This document shows, piece by piece, positions 9,149-17,876 of a stretch of 64,000 bases of DNA (the stretch's first letter is position 1; each line of letters starts with the position of its first letter). Made by a program: the position numbers and the translations under genes. Under the pieces are notes generated by a model. That model made no database searches, was not told the DNA's origin, and saw nothing but the letters and a program-made list of their open reading frames with translations. Source of the DNA: Minisyncoccia bacterium (GTDB lineage: Bacteria > Patescibacteriota > Minisyncoccia > Phycocordibacterales > UBA918); NCBI GenBank assembly GCA_041738755.1, contig JBGSPE010000007.1:13079-77078 (forward strand), read 5' to 3'.

Positions 9149-9205
9149 TAATAAAACATATCTATGATTAAACAAGCAGTAGTCGCTGGAGGATGCTTCT
9201 GGGGT
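9149..9205 (+). repeat. direct repeat copy B (true msrA start)
   Basis: Second copy of the same ~57-60 nt segment; coding continues in frame as msrA. Confidence 0.9.
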
Positions 9206-9652
9206 CTCGAAGACCTAATCCGCACCCTTCCTGGCGTTATCGCCACCGAAGCTGGGTATACCGGCGGAACCAATGAGAACCCAACCTATCAAAGCCATCC
9301 CGGACACGCCGAGGCGGTCTTGATTGAATATGATGAAGAGAAAATTAGTTATCAGCAAATTCTCGATTTCTTTTTTCAAATTCATAATCCAACAACGTTG
9401 AATCAGCAGGGAAATGATCGAGGAACAGCCTATCGGTCCGCAATATTTTTTGCCACCGAAGAAGAGAAGCGCGTTGCTGAGGAGATGATTGAAATTGTGA
9501 ACGAATCAGAGCGCTGGAGTGATCCGGTAGTTACCACACTTGAGCCACTTGCTCGGTTTTGGCCAGCTGAGGATTATCACCAGGATTATCTGATTAAAAA
9601 TCCTGGCGGGTATACCTGTCACGCGATTTACTTCGATAGTTATCTGAAATAA
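9164..9652 (+). CDS. msrA: peptide methionine sulfoxide reductase MsrA
   Basis: GCFWG catalytic motif at the N-terminus, 162 aa, typical MsrA length. Confidence 0.9.
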   Translation: MIKQAVVAGGCFWGLEDLIRTLPGVIATEAGYTGGTNENPTYQSHPGHAEAVLIEYDEEKISYQQILDFFFQIHNPTTLNQQGNDRGTAYRSAIFFATEEEKRVAEEMIEIVNESERWSDPVVTTLEPLARFWPAEDYHQDYLIKNPGGYTCHAIYFDSYLK

Positions 9653-9688
9653 AAAACCGGCGGCCCCATCAGGGCCGCCGGTTTTTTA
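9651..9688. terminator. bidirectional terminator between msrA (+) and the DEAD-box helicase (-)
   Basis: aaaaaaccggcggccc…gggccgccggtttttt. Confidence 0.75.
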
Positions 9689-9693
9689 TCATC

Positions 9694-10962
9694 TTAGTGC
9701 TTCGGTACAAAGGTCAATGCTTGACCCTTTTGGGTTCCGCGGCCAGTTCGGCCGATACGGTGAACATAATCATCAAAGGTGTTTGGCAGGTCGTAGTTGA
9801 TGACGTGTGTCACGTTATCAACGTGGATACCTCGGGCCGCTACGTCGGTGGCTACCAAGACACGTGCTTGACCACTCTTGAAGTTGGTGAGTGATCGTTG
9901 TCGTTGGCCATGACTCTTATTTCCGTGGATAGATTCAGCTTTGATGCCGTGACTTGAAAGTTCATTGGCAAGCTTTTCAACACTGTGCTTCATTGAACCA
10001 AAGATAATTACACGCTTGAGTTCGTCTTTGGCAAGAAGGGCTAAGAGGCTCGTGAATTTATGAGCGTGCTCATACATGACTACGTCTTGCGCAATACTGT
10101 TTGTGACATCCTTTTTCTTGACTGAGATAGTTGTCGGCTTACGCATGAAGTCGTTGACCAACTTTTCCGCCTCGGCATTCATAGTGGCTGAGAAGAAAAG
10201 GGTTTGTCGGTTTGGTGTGACAGTACTCAAGATTCGACGCATGTCATGGATGAATCCCATATCAAGCATTCGGTCAGCTTCATCAAGCACCACGTTTGAA
10301 ATCTTGTTGGTCTTCAAGTCACCTCGTTCGATGAGGTCCAAGATTCGTCCTGGGGTACCAATCACAAAGTGATTGCCACGTCGTAGCTTCATAATCTGTG
10401 GTCGGATACTCGTACCTCCCACACAGGTGACGGCAAAGAGTTTAAAGGGAGCAGCAAATTTTCGGAATTCAGCTTCAATTTGAAGCGCTAATTCTCGAGT
10501 CGGAGTGAGGATTAACGTAACCTGATTCTTGTCTTTAAGTGTCTTTTGAATAAGGGGAAGCAAGAAGGCCGCTGTCTTACCAGTACCAGTTTGCGCGAGA
10601 CCAATTACATCTTGACCATTGGTGATCAAAGGAATGATTTGGTCCTGAATTGGTGAAGGAGTTTCGATTCCTTGTTTTTCAACTGCCATCGCAATATCTG
10701 GATGGAAACCAAAATCATTAAAGGTGTGCTTTGAGACGTACACTTCTTCAGCTACTTCAGCTGGGTTTTTATTAATGAATTGTGAGGGGTCAAAGGTTGG
10801 TTGCTTTCGGCCACCACCTCGACTGCCGCCACGGCTACTAGTTTGAGGTCGGCCACCACCGCCAAAGCGACGAGTACCACCACTTGAACGTCCAGGTTGA
10901 GCTGAACCAGAGTAAGGACGGCGTCCAGTTTGTGGACGTCGTGAGTTATTTGTTTGCATCAA
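9694..10962 (-). CDS. DEAD-box ATP-dependent RNA helicase with an N-terminal Arg/Gly-rich tail
   Basis: Q motif, AQTGTGKT (motif I), DEAD, SAT, HRIGRTGR motifs; first ~55 residues low complexity, R/G/S-rich. Confidence 0.9.
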   Translation of the reverse strand: MMQTNNSRRPQTGRRPYSGSAQPGRSSGGTRRFGGGGRPQTSSRGGSRGGGRKQPTFDPSQFINKNPAEVAEEVYVSKHTFNDFGFHPDIAMAVEKQGIETPSPIQDQIIPLITNGQDVIGLAQTGTGKTAAFLLPLIQKTLKDKNQVTLILTPTRELALQIEAEFRKFAAPFKLFAVTCVGGTSIRPQIMKLRRGNHFVIGTPGRILDLIERGDLKTNKISNVVLDEADRMLDMGFIHDMRRILSTVTPNRQTLFFSATMNAEAEKLVNDFMRKPTTISVKKKDVTNSIAQDVVMYEHAHKFTSLLALLAKDELKRVIIFGSMKHSVEKLANELSSHGIKAESIHGNKSHGQRQRSLTNFKSGQARVLVATDVAARGIHVDNVTHVINYDLPNTFDDYVHRIGRTGRGTQKGQALTFVPKH

Positions 10963-11180
10963 AAAATTGGTTAATGGAACTAAGAAAATTCTTAAAATTC
11001 CGGGGCGTGCAGGTAGTAAGTAATTCAGAAACCTGAATCAAGTCAGACATCTGCAGCTATTGGCCCCACACGAGTGACAAAAGCGTTCGACTATACTAAT
11101 ACAAAAAGATAATTTGTCAAATCTTGTGATGGGCCAATACTGTACGTGAGTAGTGAGTAAATTAGTAAAAACGTGCTAGC

Positions 11181-11951
11181 ATGGCGATTATGTCAGGTGA
11201 AATTGAATATATCTACGGAAAACATGCGGTTCGTGAGGTGCTTGAAATGCGTCCAGATGTTCTCCATGAGGTACACGTAGTACGAGACTTTGCTGATGCC
11301 AAAATACTAGCGTTATTGGATGGCGCAAAGGTGAGTCTTAAAGTGCTTAATGAAAAGAATCCACCCCGCGGTGTATCGTCAAAAGCGACACACCAGGGAA
11401 TTGTGGCCGGTATTCGGGCGGATAAGTTGACTATTCCGTATAAAACCTTCAAAGAAACATTGCGCGCAGAGCCACACACATCACTCCTGGTTCTCGGTGA
11501 AGTGCAAGATCCTCACAATGTTGGAGCAGTGATTCGTTCGGCAGCTGCGTTTGGTGTAGCAGGAGTACTGATTCCACCCCACAATCAAGCACCGGTGACA
11601 GGAACGGTGGTAAAGGTTTCGGCTGGAATGGCCTTTCGGATTCCTCTCGTCACTATTAGTAATGTAAATACCGCACTGCGCGATTTACAAAGTCTAGGCT
11701 TTTGGGTATATGGACTTGAGGGGAATGGTACGACAAGTACGGTCAGCGAAACATTCTCTCGTCCGAGTGTGTTTGTACTCGGTAATGAAGGCTCAGGTTT
11801 GAGAGAGAAAACGAAAGAATTATGTGATGAATTAATCTCTATTCCAATCCATCCGCAATGTGAGTCGCTCAATGCAGCAGCTGCTACAGCCATTGTGCTC
11901 GCTAGCTGGAGCGCCCAGCATCAAAGCGCTTTGTCGCCCCGTTTGAAGTAG
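11181..11951 (+). CDS. rlmB: 23S rRNA (guanosine-2'-O)-methyltransferase RlmB / SpoU-TrmH family
   Basis: SpoU methylase motifs (DPHNVGAVIRSAAAFG, LVLGNEGSGL, IPIHPQCESLNAAAATAI); N-terminal substrate-binding domain. Confidence 0.8.
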   Translation: MAIMSGEIEYIYGKHAVREVLEMRPDVLHEVHVVRDFADAKILALLDGAKVSLKVLNEKNPPRGVSSKATHQGIVAGIRADKLTIPYKTFKETLRAEPHTSLLVLGEVQDPHNVGAVIRSAAAFGVAGVLIPPHNQAPVTGTVVKVSAGMAFRIPLVTISNVNTALRDLQSLGFWVYGLEGNGTTSTVSETFSRPSVFVLGNEGSGLREKTKELCDELISIPIHPQCESLNAAAATAIVLASWSAQHQSALSPRLK

Positions 11952-12032
11952 TGTATTATTGTTGCTATCGGCACTAGACTGATGATGTGTTACACATCCA
12001 TATTATATTTATTGTAAATTGAACTACGTATT

Positions 12033-12956
12033 ATGACCGAACCCGAAAATCAGCCAGTCACCACTCCTTCTCACGAACCTGTGGTACCTCATCCACCTGC
12101 TCCTGAAGAGCACAAGGATGCTGTTGAAACTCATGAAGCAAGTACAGAATCTGAATCAACCACCATGGAATCCACTGAGGACCATACTCACTCTAATGAC
12201 ATGGTTAGTGGTGACGAGGCTATGCCAGCTACTATGACTGAGACTAAGTCACCGATAAAGTGGCAGTACTACGCTGGAGCAGCAGTAGTGCTTGCAATTA
12301 TTATTCTTGGCGTTTTATACGCTATGGATAGGCAGGGGAGAATGAACATCCCTCTGTTTGATGGAATTGAAAACTTCGCTGCGCGACAAACAGCCGTAGC
12401 ATCAGTAAACGGCGCTGATATTTCGGAGTATGACTTCAATGTGAGTGTAGCTCAAATTACTGCTGGAGCAGAAGCCCAAGGAGCAGATTTGAGTAGTCCT
12501 GAACTACAAACACAAATCAACTCGCAGGCAATCGAAATGCTGGTGAACACAGAACTCTTAAAGCAAGAAGCTGCGCGACGAGGTATCAGTATCACTGATG
12601 AAGATGTGAGCAATCGACTAACTTCACTTGAGGAAGAGGTTGGTGGTGCAGATGTTTTGAAAGAACGAATGGCTCAATTCAATATTAACGACAAGACACT
12701 GCGACGAGATATTTTAAACGAATTGACTATTCAAGCATTACTTGACCAGGTCTTTGAAGAAACCGATATCAATGTAACAGACGAGGAAATCCAAAGTCTG
12801 TACGCTGGAGCGGGTGGTGAAGAGGCTGGACTCCCACCGCTTGAAGAAGTTCGAGAGCAAGTCATTGAACAAATCCGAGGTGGTAAGGAACAAGAAATCG
12901 TTTCAACGTTTATCGCAACTTTGCGCGAGACGGCGACGATTGAAATCCTTATCTAG
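12033..12956 (+). CDS. membrane-anchored SurA-N-domain / PrsA-like chaperone protein with no obvious PPIase domain
   Basis: Pro/Glu-rich disordered N-terminus, one TM helix, then SurA_N-like helical domain (…AIEMLVNTELLKQEAARRGISITDEDV…). Confidence 0.55.
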   Translation: MTEPENQPVTTPSHEPVVPHPPAPEEHKDAVETHEASTESESTTMESTEDHTHSNDMVSGDEAMPATMTETKSPIKWQYYAGAAVVLAIIILGVLYAMDRQGRMNIPLFDGIENFAARQTAVASVNGADISEYDFNVSVAQITAGAEAQGADLSSPELQTQINSQAIEMLVNTELLKQEAARRGISITDEDVSNRLTSLEEEVGGADVLKERMAQFNINDKTLRRDILNELTIQALLDQVFEETDINVTDEEIQSLYAGAGGEEAGLPPLEEVREQVIEQIRGGKEQEIVSTFIATLRETATIEILI

Positions 12957-13024
12957 CTACAAATGACCACCGGCTGTACAGAGGGTACACCGGTGGTTTT
13001 TTGTTTGCTTGTTATACTACATAC

Positions 13025-14278
13025 ATGCATAAGCCGCTGAGTGCGCACGCCAGAACATTAACGTATCGAGCATCCGAACGAATGGCTGTTTTGCGTAGCT
13101 TGAGTGTTCCGGAGCGAAGTGTTGTCTTTCAAGAATTATCACCGTATGTACAACAATCCATTCTTTCTCATCTCAAAGATCAAGAGCTCGTTAACATGCT
13201 CGACAATATGGATATGGACCAGGCTGAGCGAGCGGTCGCACAAATTCCTAATGTAAAACGGCGGAAACGAGTTATTCAGCGGCTGAAAGGGGATATTCGA
13301 GAAAAGATGGATTATTTCTTACGCTTTCATCCGCAAGCATCTTTGTCACTCATTAATTTTAATTATTTATTTTTACCCAGTACTCTGACAATCGGTGAAG
13401 CTGCGGCAGTGATTGATGAACATTATGAAGAAATGGGTAAGTACCCAGAGTTGCTCGTCCACGAAAAAGGACGTTTGGTGGGGGAGGTGCCGTTTGCGGC
13501 AATGGTTCGTGAACGAAATGCCAGTCAATTAAAAAAGCACCTTCATCCAATTCCAACGATTTCATACAAGTCAGACGTTCCTGAGATTATTGAATTATTG
13601 ACGGGAACACAAAGCAAAAAAGTTGTGGTCCTTGATCATGATGAAAGTGTTCTGGGAATAATTTATGCTGATACCGTAAGGCCACTGTTTAGTGACGTAA
13701 GTTCAGAATCGCTCTATGATTTTGCTGGAGTTGATGCGAGTGAACGTGCGAGTGATGGTGTGTGGAAAAAAGTCAACGCTCGATACAAATGGTTGATTAT
13801 AAACCTCGGCACTGGTTTCCTTGCTGCCTCGGTAGTCAGTCTTTTTGAGAATACATTAAATGAGTTAGTGCTACTCGCTATTTACATGCCTATTGTAGCC
13901 GGGATGGGTGGAAACGCTGCTACCCAAACACTGGCCGTTACCGTACGAGGAATTACCATGGGAGAAATTAGTCTTGCAACTGGCCTCAAACCAGTTCTTA
14001 ACGAAGTAGGCGCTGGGTTTATTAACGGAGTCATTAACGGTGTGTTGGTGGCAATTGTTGCCGTACTATGGAATCAAAGTCCTGGTCTAGGCTTTGTAAT
14101 TGGGGTTGCCATGGTCTGCAACTTGGTAATTGCTGGTTTCTTTGGAGCATTCATTCCGTTGTTTATGAAAGCATTAGGTAAAGACCCAGCTACTTCAGCG
14201 ACGATATTTATTACTACCGCTACAGACGTATTTGGGTTCTTTATTTTCTTAGGATTGGCAACTATTATACTTCTATAG
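13025..14278 (+). CDS. mgtE: magnesium transporter MgtE
   Basis: MgtE N-domain, CBS pair, C-terminal 5-TM domain with PIVAGMGGNAATQTLAV; the listed start at 13001 overlaps the upstream terminator, internal ATG chosen. Confidence 0.85.
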   Translation: MHKPLSAHARTLTYRASERMAVLRSLSVPERSVVFQELSPYVQQSILSHLKDQELVNMLDNMDMDQAERAVAQIPNVKRRKRVIQRLKGDIREKMDYFLRFHPQASLSLINFNYLFLPSTLTIGEAAAVIDEHYEEMGKYPELLVHEKGRLVGEVPFAAMVRERNASQLKKHLHPIPTISYKSDVPEIIELLTGTQSKKVVVLDHDESVLGIIYADTVRPLFSDVSSESLYDFAGVDASERASDGVWKKVNARYKWLIINLGTGFLAASVVSLFENTLNELVLLAIYMPIVAGMGGNAATQTLAVTVRGITMGEISLATGLKPVLNEVGAGFINGVINGVLVAIVAVLWNQSPGLGFVIGVAMVCNLVIAGFFGAFIPLFMKALGKDPATSATIFITTATDVFGFFIFLGLATIILL

Positions 14279-14302
14279 ACCGAGTGATATACTAGTTTTT
14301 AT

Positions 14303-14884
14303 ATGAAAACCGCCGAACGAGTTGTCATGGTAGCTATCTTGCTGGTGTTAAGTGGGGGAGTGGCTTTTGTGTATTTCACGATGAAAGCAAATCACCAGGC
14401 TATTCTTGATGGGGTGGCGCGAGGAGATTATGAGATACCGATTGAAACGCCGCCAGCGACAACGACACCCGTTGCTGTTCCAGACAATGAAGATGTATGG
14501 CGTGAAATTTATCCCACAACCGTACCGATAACCATCGCAGACGTGTCTGTAGAGGCTTCGGTTGCGGATACATTGCCGGAACGAATTAAAGGTTTGTCCG
14601 GAACACCGTATCTGCCGATGGGCGTCGTCAAACTGTTTGCCTTTGGTGCGGCTGGTAGTCACTCGATTTGGATGAAAGATATGAATTATGCGATTGATAT
14701 TATCTGGGTTGATGAGACAGGTGTCATTGTTCACCTCGAAGAAAATATTACCCCGGAGTCGTTTCCAGAATCCTTCGGTTCGCCTACGCCGGCGTGGTAT
14801 GTAATTGAAGCAGCCGCTGGATTTGTAGCAGCTAATCAGATTGTTGCAGGAGACCAGGTGGTGCTTCCAGTTGTATTAGAATAG
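14303..14884 (+). CDS. DUF192 family protein (COG1430), membrane anchored
   Basis: N-terminal TM; C-terminal MKDMNYAIDIIWVDETGVIVHLEEN fits DUF192. Confidence 0.6.
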   Translation: MKTAERVVMVAILLVLSGGVAFVYFTMKANHQAILDGVARGDYEIPIETPPATTTPVAVPDNEDVWREIYPTTVPITIADVSVEASVADTLPERIKGLSGTPYLPMGVVKLFAFGAAGSHSIWMKDMNYAIDIIWVDETGVIVHLEENITPESFPESFGSPTPAWYVIEAAAGFVAANQIVAGDQVVLPVVLE

Positions 14885-14895
14885 AGCTTCCATTA

Positions 14896-14916
14896 TTGAT
14901 GTTTGTATTGTATAAT
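14896..14916 (+). promoter_or_regulatory. putative rnpB promoter (TTGATG …TGTATAAT extended -10-like)
   Basis: TATAAT at 14911-14916 about 5-8 nt upstream of the inferred RNase P RNA 5' end; -35 spacing is non-canonical. Confidence 0.3.
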
Positions 14917-14919
14917 GCA

Positions 14920-15255
14920 GACACACGATGATCGCCCTTTCGGGGGAGGAAAGTCCGAACACGCCCACAGTAATGTGGAGTCTGGTAGCGGGTAACGCCC
15001 GTCCGTCATTGACGAGAGGTGCGAGCAGAGACGTCTGGAGCGAAAGCAAAGGAACTCCTTACGTAATATATTATGTAAGGAGTAGTCATTTTGGTAACAA
15101 AGTGGGTGAAACGGCTAAATCCTTACCGGCGTGCAAGGCCGTGCTTCAATATTTTATTGGAGAGAGCCGCAAGAGGTGATTGGCAACAATCACCCCAGGT
15201 ATATGGTCATCCGGGAGTAATATCCTGACAGAATTCGGCTTATGTGTACAAAAAT
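14920..15255 (+). ncRNA. rnpB: RNase P RNA, bacterial type A
   Basis: Conserved P4 strands AGGAAAGTCCG (14945-) and ACAGAATTCGGCTTAT (15228-); GGTAACGCC and GCAAGGCC conserved-region motifs; perfect P12-like hairpin ctccttacgtaatatattatgtaaggag; ends before a terminator hairpin; boundaries approximate. Confidence 0.85.
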
Positions 15256-15277
15256 CACCCGTAAGGGTGTTTTTTGT
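15256..15277 (+). terminator. rho-independent terminator after rnpB
   Basis: cacccgtaagggtg stem followed by tttttt. Confidence 0.6.
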
Positions 15278-15315
15278 TTTATGATAAGAGAACTCATCAG
15301 GTAATTATTATATTC

Positions 15316-17868
15316 ATGTCAGGAAATCTGTTTATACCAAAGACGTTTCAGAGCGATGCTACTTCTCTTAGAACATCTCCCGTGTCGCCGCAGCCAGTGT
15401 CAGCTCCCAAAGTTGATAAAGCAGGAGCTTTGCTCCAAAAAATTCTCCATTATATCCTCATTGGCTTGGCTACACTGCTTCCCGTATTTTTTATTCCCGG
15501 TCTACCTGCGTCACTGAATTTTGATAAAGCCTTCCTGGCTTTGGCGGCTGGTCTTTCGGTGGTATCAGTACTTTGTCTAACAGCACTCCGTTCAAATAAA
15601 TTTGCGACCGTGATTCCAATGGCACTCGTGCTTTTTTGGGGAGTGGTTGTTGCGGCCGTAGTGAGTGCGTTGCTGTCGGGCGATGTGCAGGATGCTTTTC
15701 GAGGTCAGGTGTTTGAACCACTAACAGCAGGATTCTTAGCGCTTATGGCACTCACGATGACAATCCCACTCGTCCTACAAAAGTCTAAAGTGATGAGTCT
15801 GCGGGTCGTGTCTGGGTTTGTGGCCGCTGTTGCAGCTGTTGTTCTGTATTCGATTGTCCGGATATTCTTTGGGGCAGGTTTTCTTTCATTGGGAAGTTTT
15901 GGTGCTGTTACCAGTTCACCGATTGGAGGGTTCAACGACTTAGCTATCTTGAGTGCCCTCTCAATTATTATTGGATTAATAACATTATTACTTTTGCCTT
16001 TACGAAAAGGACTGCAAATTGCCATTTTTATACTTACTATTTTGGCGACATTTTTGATGGCAATGGTAAACTTCTTTTACCTTTGGATTGTTGTGGGATT
16101 TTTTGGACTACTCCTTCTCGTGTACATCCTCTCTCGCAATACGCTTTTCCCTGGAACCGGAGAAGCTGACTCGACAGTTCCGCCACTCCTTACGATTGCT
16201 ACAGCTTTTGTCTGTGTCGTGAGTGTCGTATTTATTTTTGCGGGTGAGTTTGTCGGTACACAAATTTCAAATGCAACTGGTGTCAGTTACCTTGAAGTAC
16301 GTCCCTCAGCAGCAGCTACAATTGATATTGCAAAATCTGTGTACCAAGAAGACATTCTTCTGGGAATTGGTCCAAATCGATTCGCCGATGCTTGGAGTCT
16401 CTACAAAGACAGGAGCATCAACGAAACACTTTTTTGGTCAGTTGATTTCACTGCCGGATACAGCTTTATGCTGACTCTGTTTATTACCTTAGGTGTACTT
16501 GGCACAACATTACTGATTGCTTTTCAGGGTTGGTTCTTGTATCTCGGTTACCGAATGCTCTTAAAGAGTCAAAACACTGACCCGTTTTGGAATTACTTTG
16601 GGGTAGTCACGTTTGTTGGAGCGGTTTTCCTTTGGGGGATGTCATATGTCTATGTACCAAATGCTACGACATTACTACTCACTGCACTATTTACAGGATT
16701 AACCTTTGTTGCTTACCAAGCCTTGGTTCCGCAAGCAATCAAAGTTCTCCCGCTGGTTACTACTAGAAGTCGAGGGTTTGCCCTTATGACGGTGTCAATA
16801 ATTGCAATTGTGGGTTCGGTAAGTATTCTTTTTTCAGTAGGAAAGCAATACGCTGCTCAAGCTACGTTTACTCGCGCCCAGACGGCTGATTCAATTGAAC
16901 GATTTGATCAACAACTACAAGCCGCCACGATACTGTTTCCAGATGATACGTTCATTGGTTTGCGAGCCCAAGCTCGTTTAGCTCAATTACAAGAGATTGC
17001 TGCTATTGCAGAACCAACCGAACAAGATCAAGAACGGTTTGTCGCACTTGCTGAAGAAGCAATTATCTTGGCTCAAGGTGCTCTTAGCCTTGACCCAAGT
17101 AATCCTGATTTACACGCTGTACTCGGCGGTGTCTACAGTATTCTAGCGGTTGCTGGCTTAGCTGATGCAGAAGCCAGAGCCACAGCAACCTATGGTGACG
17201 CACAGTTTCGAGATCCTCTCAACCCTTCATATTCACTCATGAAAGCCTATATGGCGGTTCGACTTAACGACCTGGGGCGGGCTCGTGAAGAAATTAGTGC
17301 CGCGCTTGCTTTAAAACAAAATTACACCGAAGCACTCTTCTTACTTTCACAGCTTGATATTCAAGAAGGGAATACAGATGCGGCCATTGCTACAACTCGT
17401 CAAATTATCACCCTTGAACCTAATAACCCTACTCGGTATTACCAACTTGGTATCTTGCTCAATGCAGCCAATGATCAGGGTGGAGCAATTGCAGCCTTCG
17501 AGGCAGCTATCGCGCGAGATACAAACTTTGCGAACGCCCGCTACTTACTTGCGTTGACGTACGTTCAGGTAGGTCGACCAGAGGACGCCTTACGTGAGCT
17601 TCGGATTGTTGAAGAATCTAATCCAGATAACGCTGAACTACGTGATGTTATTGCTCAGATTCAATCAACCGGTACGGTAGCTGTTCCGCAGTCTTCAGCA
17701 CTTGAGCCGTCAGTAACTGAGGGCTCGCCTACGCAAGCAAATGGTGAAGGTGTTACGGCTGAAGAAGCTCCAGATACCGATCTTATTTCTCCAGTTAATA
17801 CACCACCAAGTAACTCAGAGCAATCGTCAACAGTCGCACCCCCAACTTCTTCGTCTGATACTGAGTAA
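15316..17868 (+). CDS. large polytopic membrane protein, O-antigen ligase/polymerase-like N-domain with C-terminal TPR repeats
   Basis: ~12 predicted TM helices in the first ~500 aa, then TPR-like repeats (…YYQLGILLNAANDQGGAIAAFEAAIARDTNFANARYLLALTYVQVGRPEDAL…) and a Ser/Pro-rich tail. Confidence 0.6.
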   Translation: MSGNLFIPKTFQSDATSLRTSPVSPQPVSAPKVDKAGALLQKILHYILIGLATLLPVFFIPGLPASLNFDKAFLALAAGLSVVSVLCLTALRSNKFATVIPMALVLFWGVVVAAVVSALLSGDVQDAFRGQVFEPLTAGFLALMALTMTIPLVLQKSKVMSLRVVSGFVAAVAAVVLYSIVRIFFGAGFLSLGSFGAVTSSPIGGFNDLAILSALSIIIGLITLLLLPLRKGLQIAIFILTILATFLMAMVNFFYLWIVVGFFGLLLLVYILSRNTLFPGTGEADSTVPPLLTIATAFVCVVSVVFIFAGEFVGTQISNATGVSYLEVRPSAAATIDIAKSVYQEDILLGIGPNRFADAWSLYKDRSINETLFWSVDFTAGYSFMLTLFITLGVLGTTLLIAFQGWFLYLGYRMLLKSQNTDPFWNYFGVVTFVGAVFLWGMSYVYVPNATTLLLTALFTGLTFVAYQALVPQAIKVLPLVTTRSRGFALMTVSIIAIVGSVSILFSVGKQYAAQATFTRAQTADSIERFDQQLQAATILFPDDTFIGLRAQARLAQLQEIAAIAEPTEQDQERFVALAEEAIILAQGALSLDPSNPDLHAVLGGVYSILAVAGLADAEARATATYGDAQFRDPLNPSYSLMKAYMAVRLNDLGRAREEISAALALKQNYTEALFLLSQLDIQEGNTDAAIATTRQIITLEPNNPTRYYQLGILLNAANDQGGAIAAFEAAIARDTNFANARYLLALTYVQVGRPEDALRELRIVEESNPDNAELRDVIAQIQSTGTVAVPQSSALEPSVTEGSPTQANGEGVTAEEAPDTDLISPVNTPPSNSEQSSTVAPPTSSSDTE

Positions 17869-17876
17869 TACCTAGT

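Noticed and set aside
8995-9273. 92-aa minus-strand ORF with an internal repeat (PQKHPPATTACLII twice)
   Set aside because: The repeat is just the antisense reading of the duplicated msrA 5' segment; there is no independent coding evidence.
14881-14916. Canonical -35/-10 promoter for rnpB
   Set aside because: TATAAT is present, but the only TTGATG -35-like hexamer is 9 nt away (non-canonical spacing). It is reported only as a low-confidence promoter.
14928-15179. 83-aa ORF on the + strand
   Set aside because: It lies entirely inside the RNase P RNA gene (conserved P4 and other conserved-region motifs), so it is not protein-coding.
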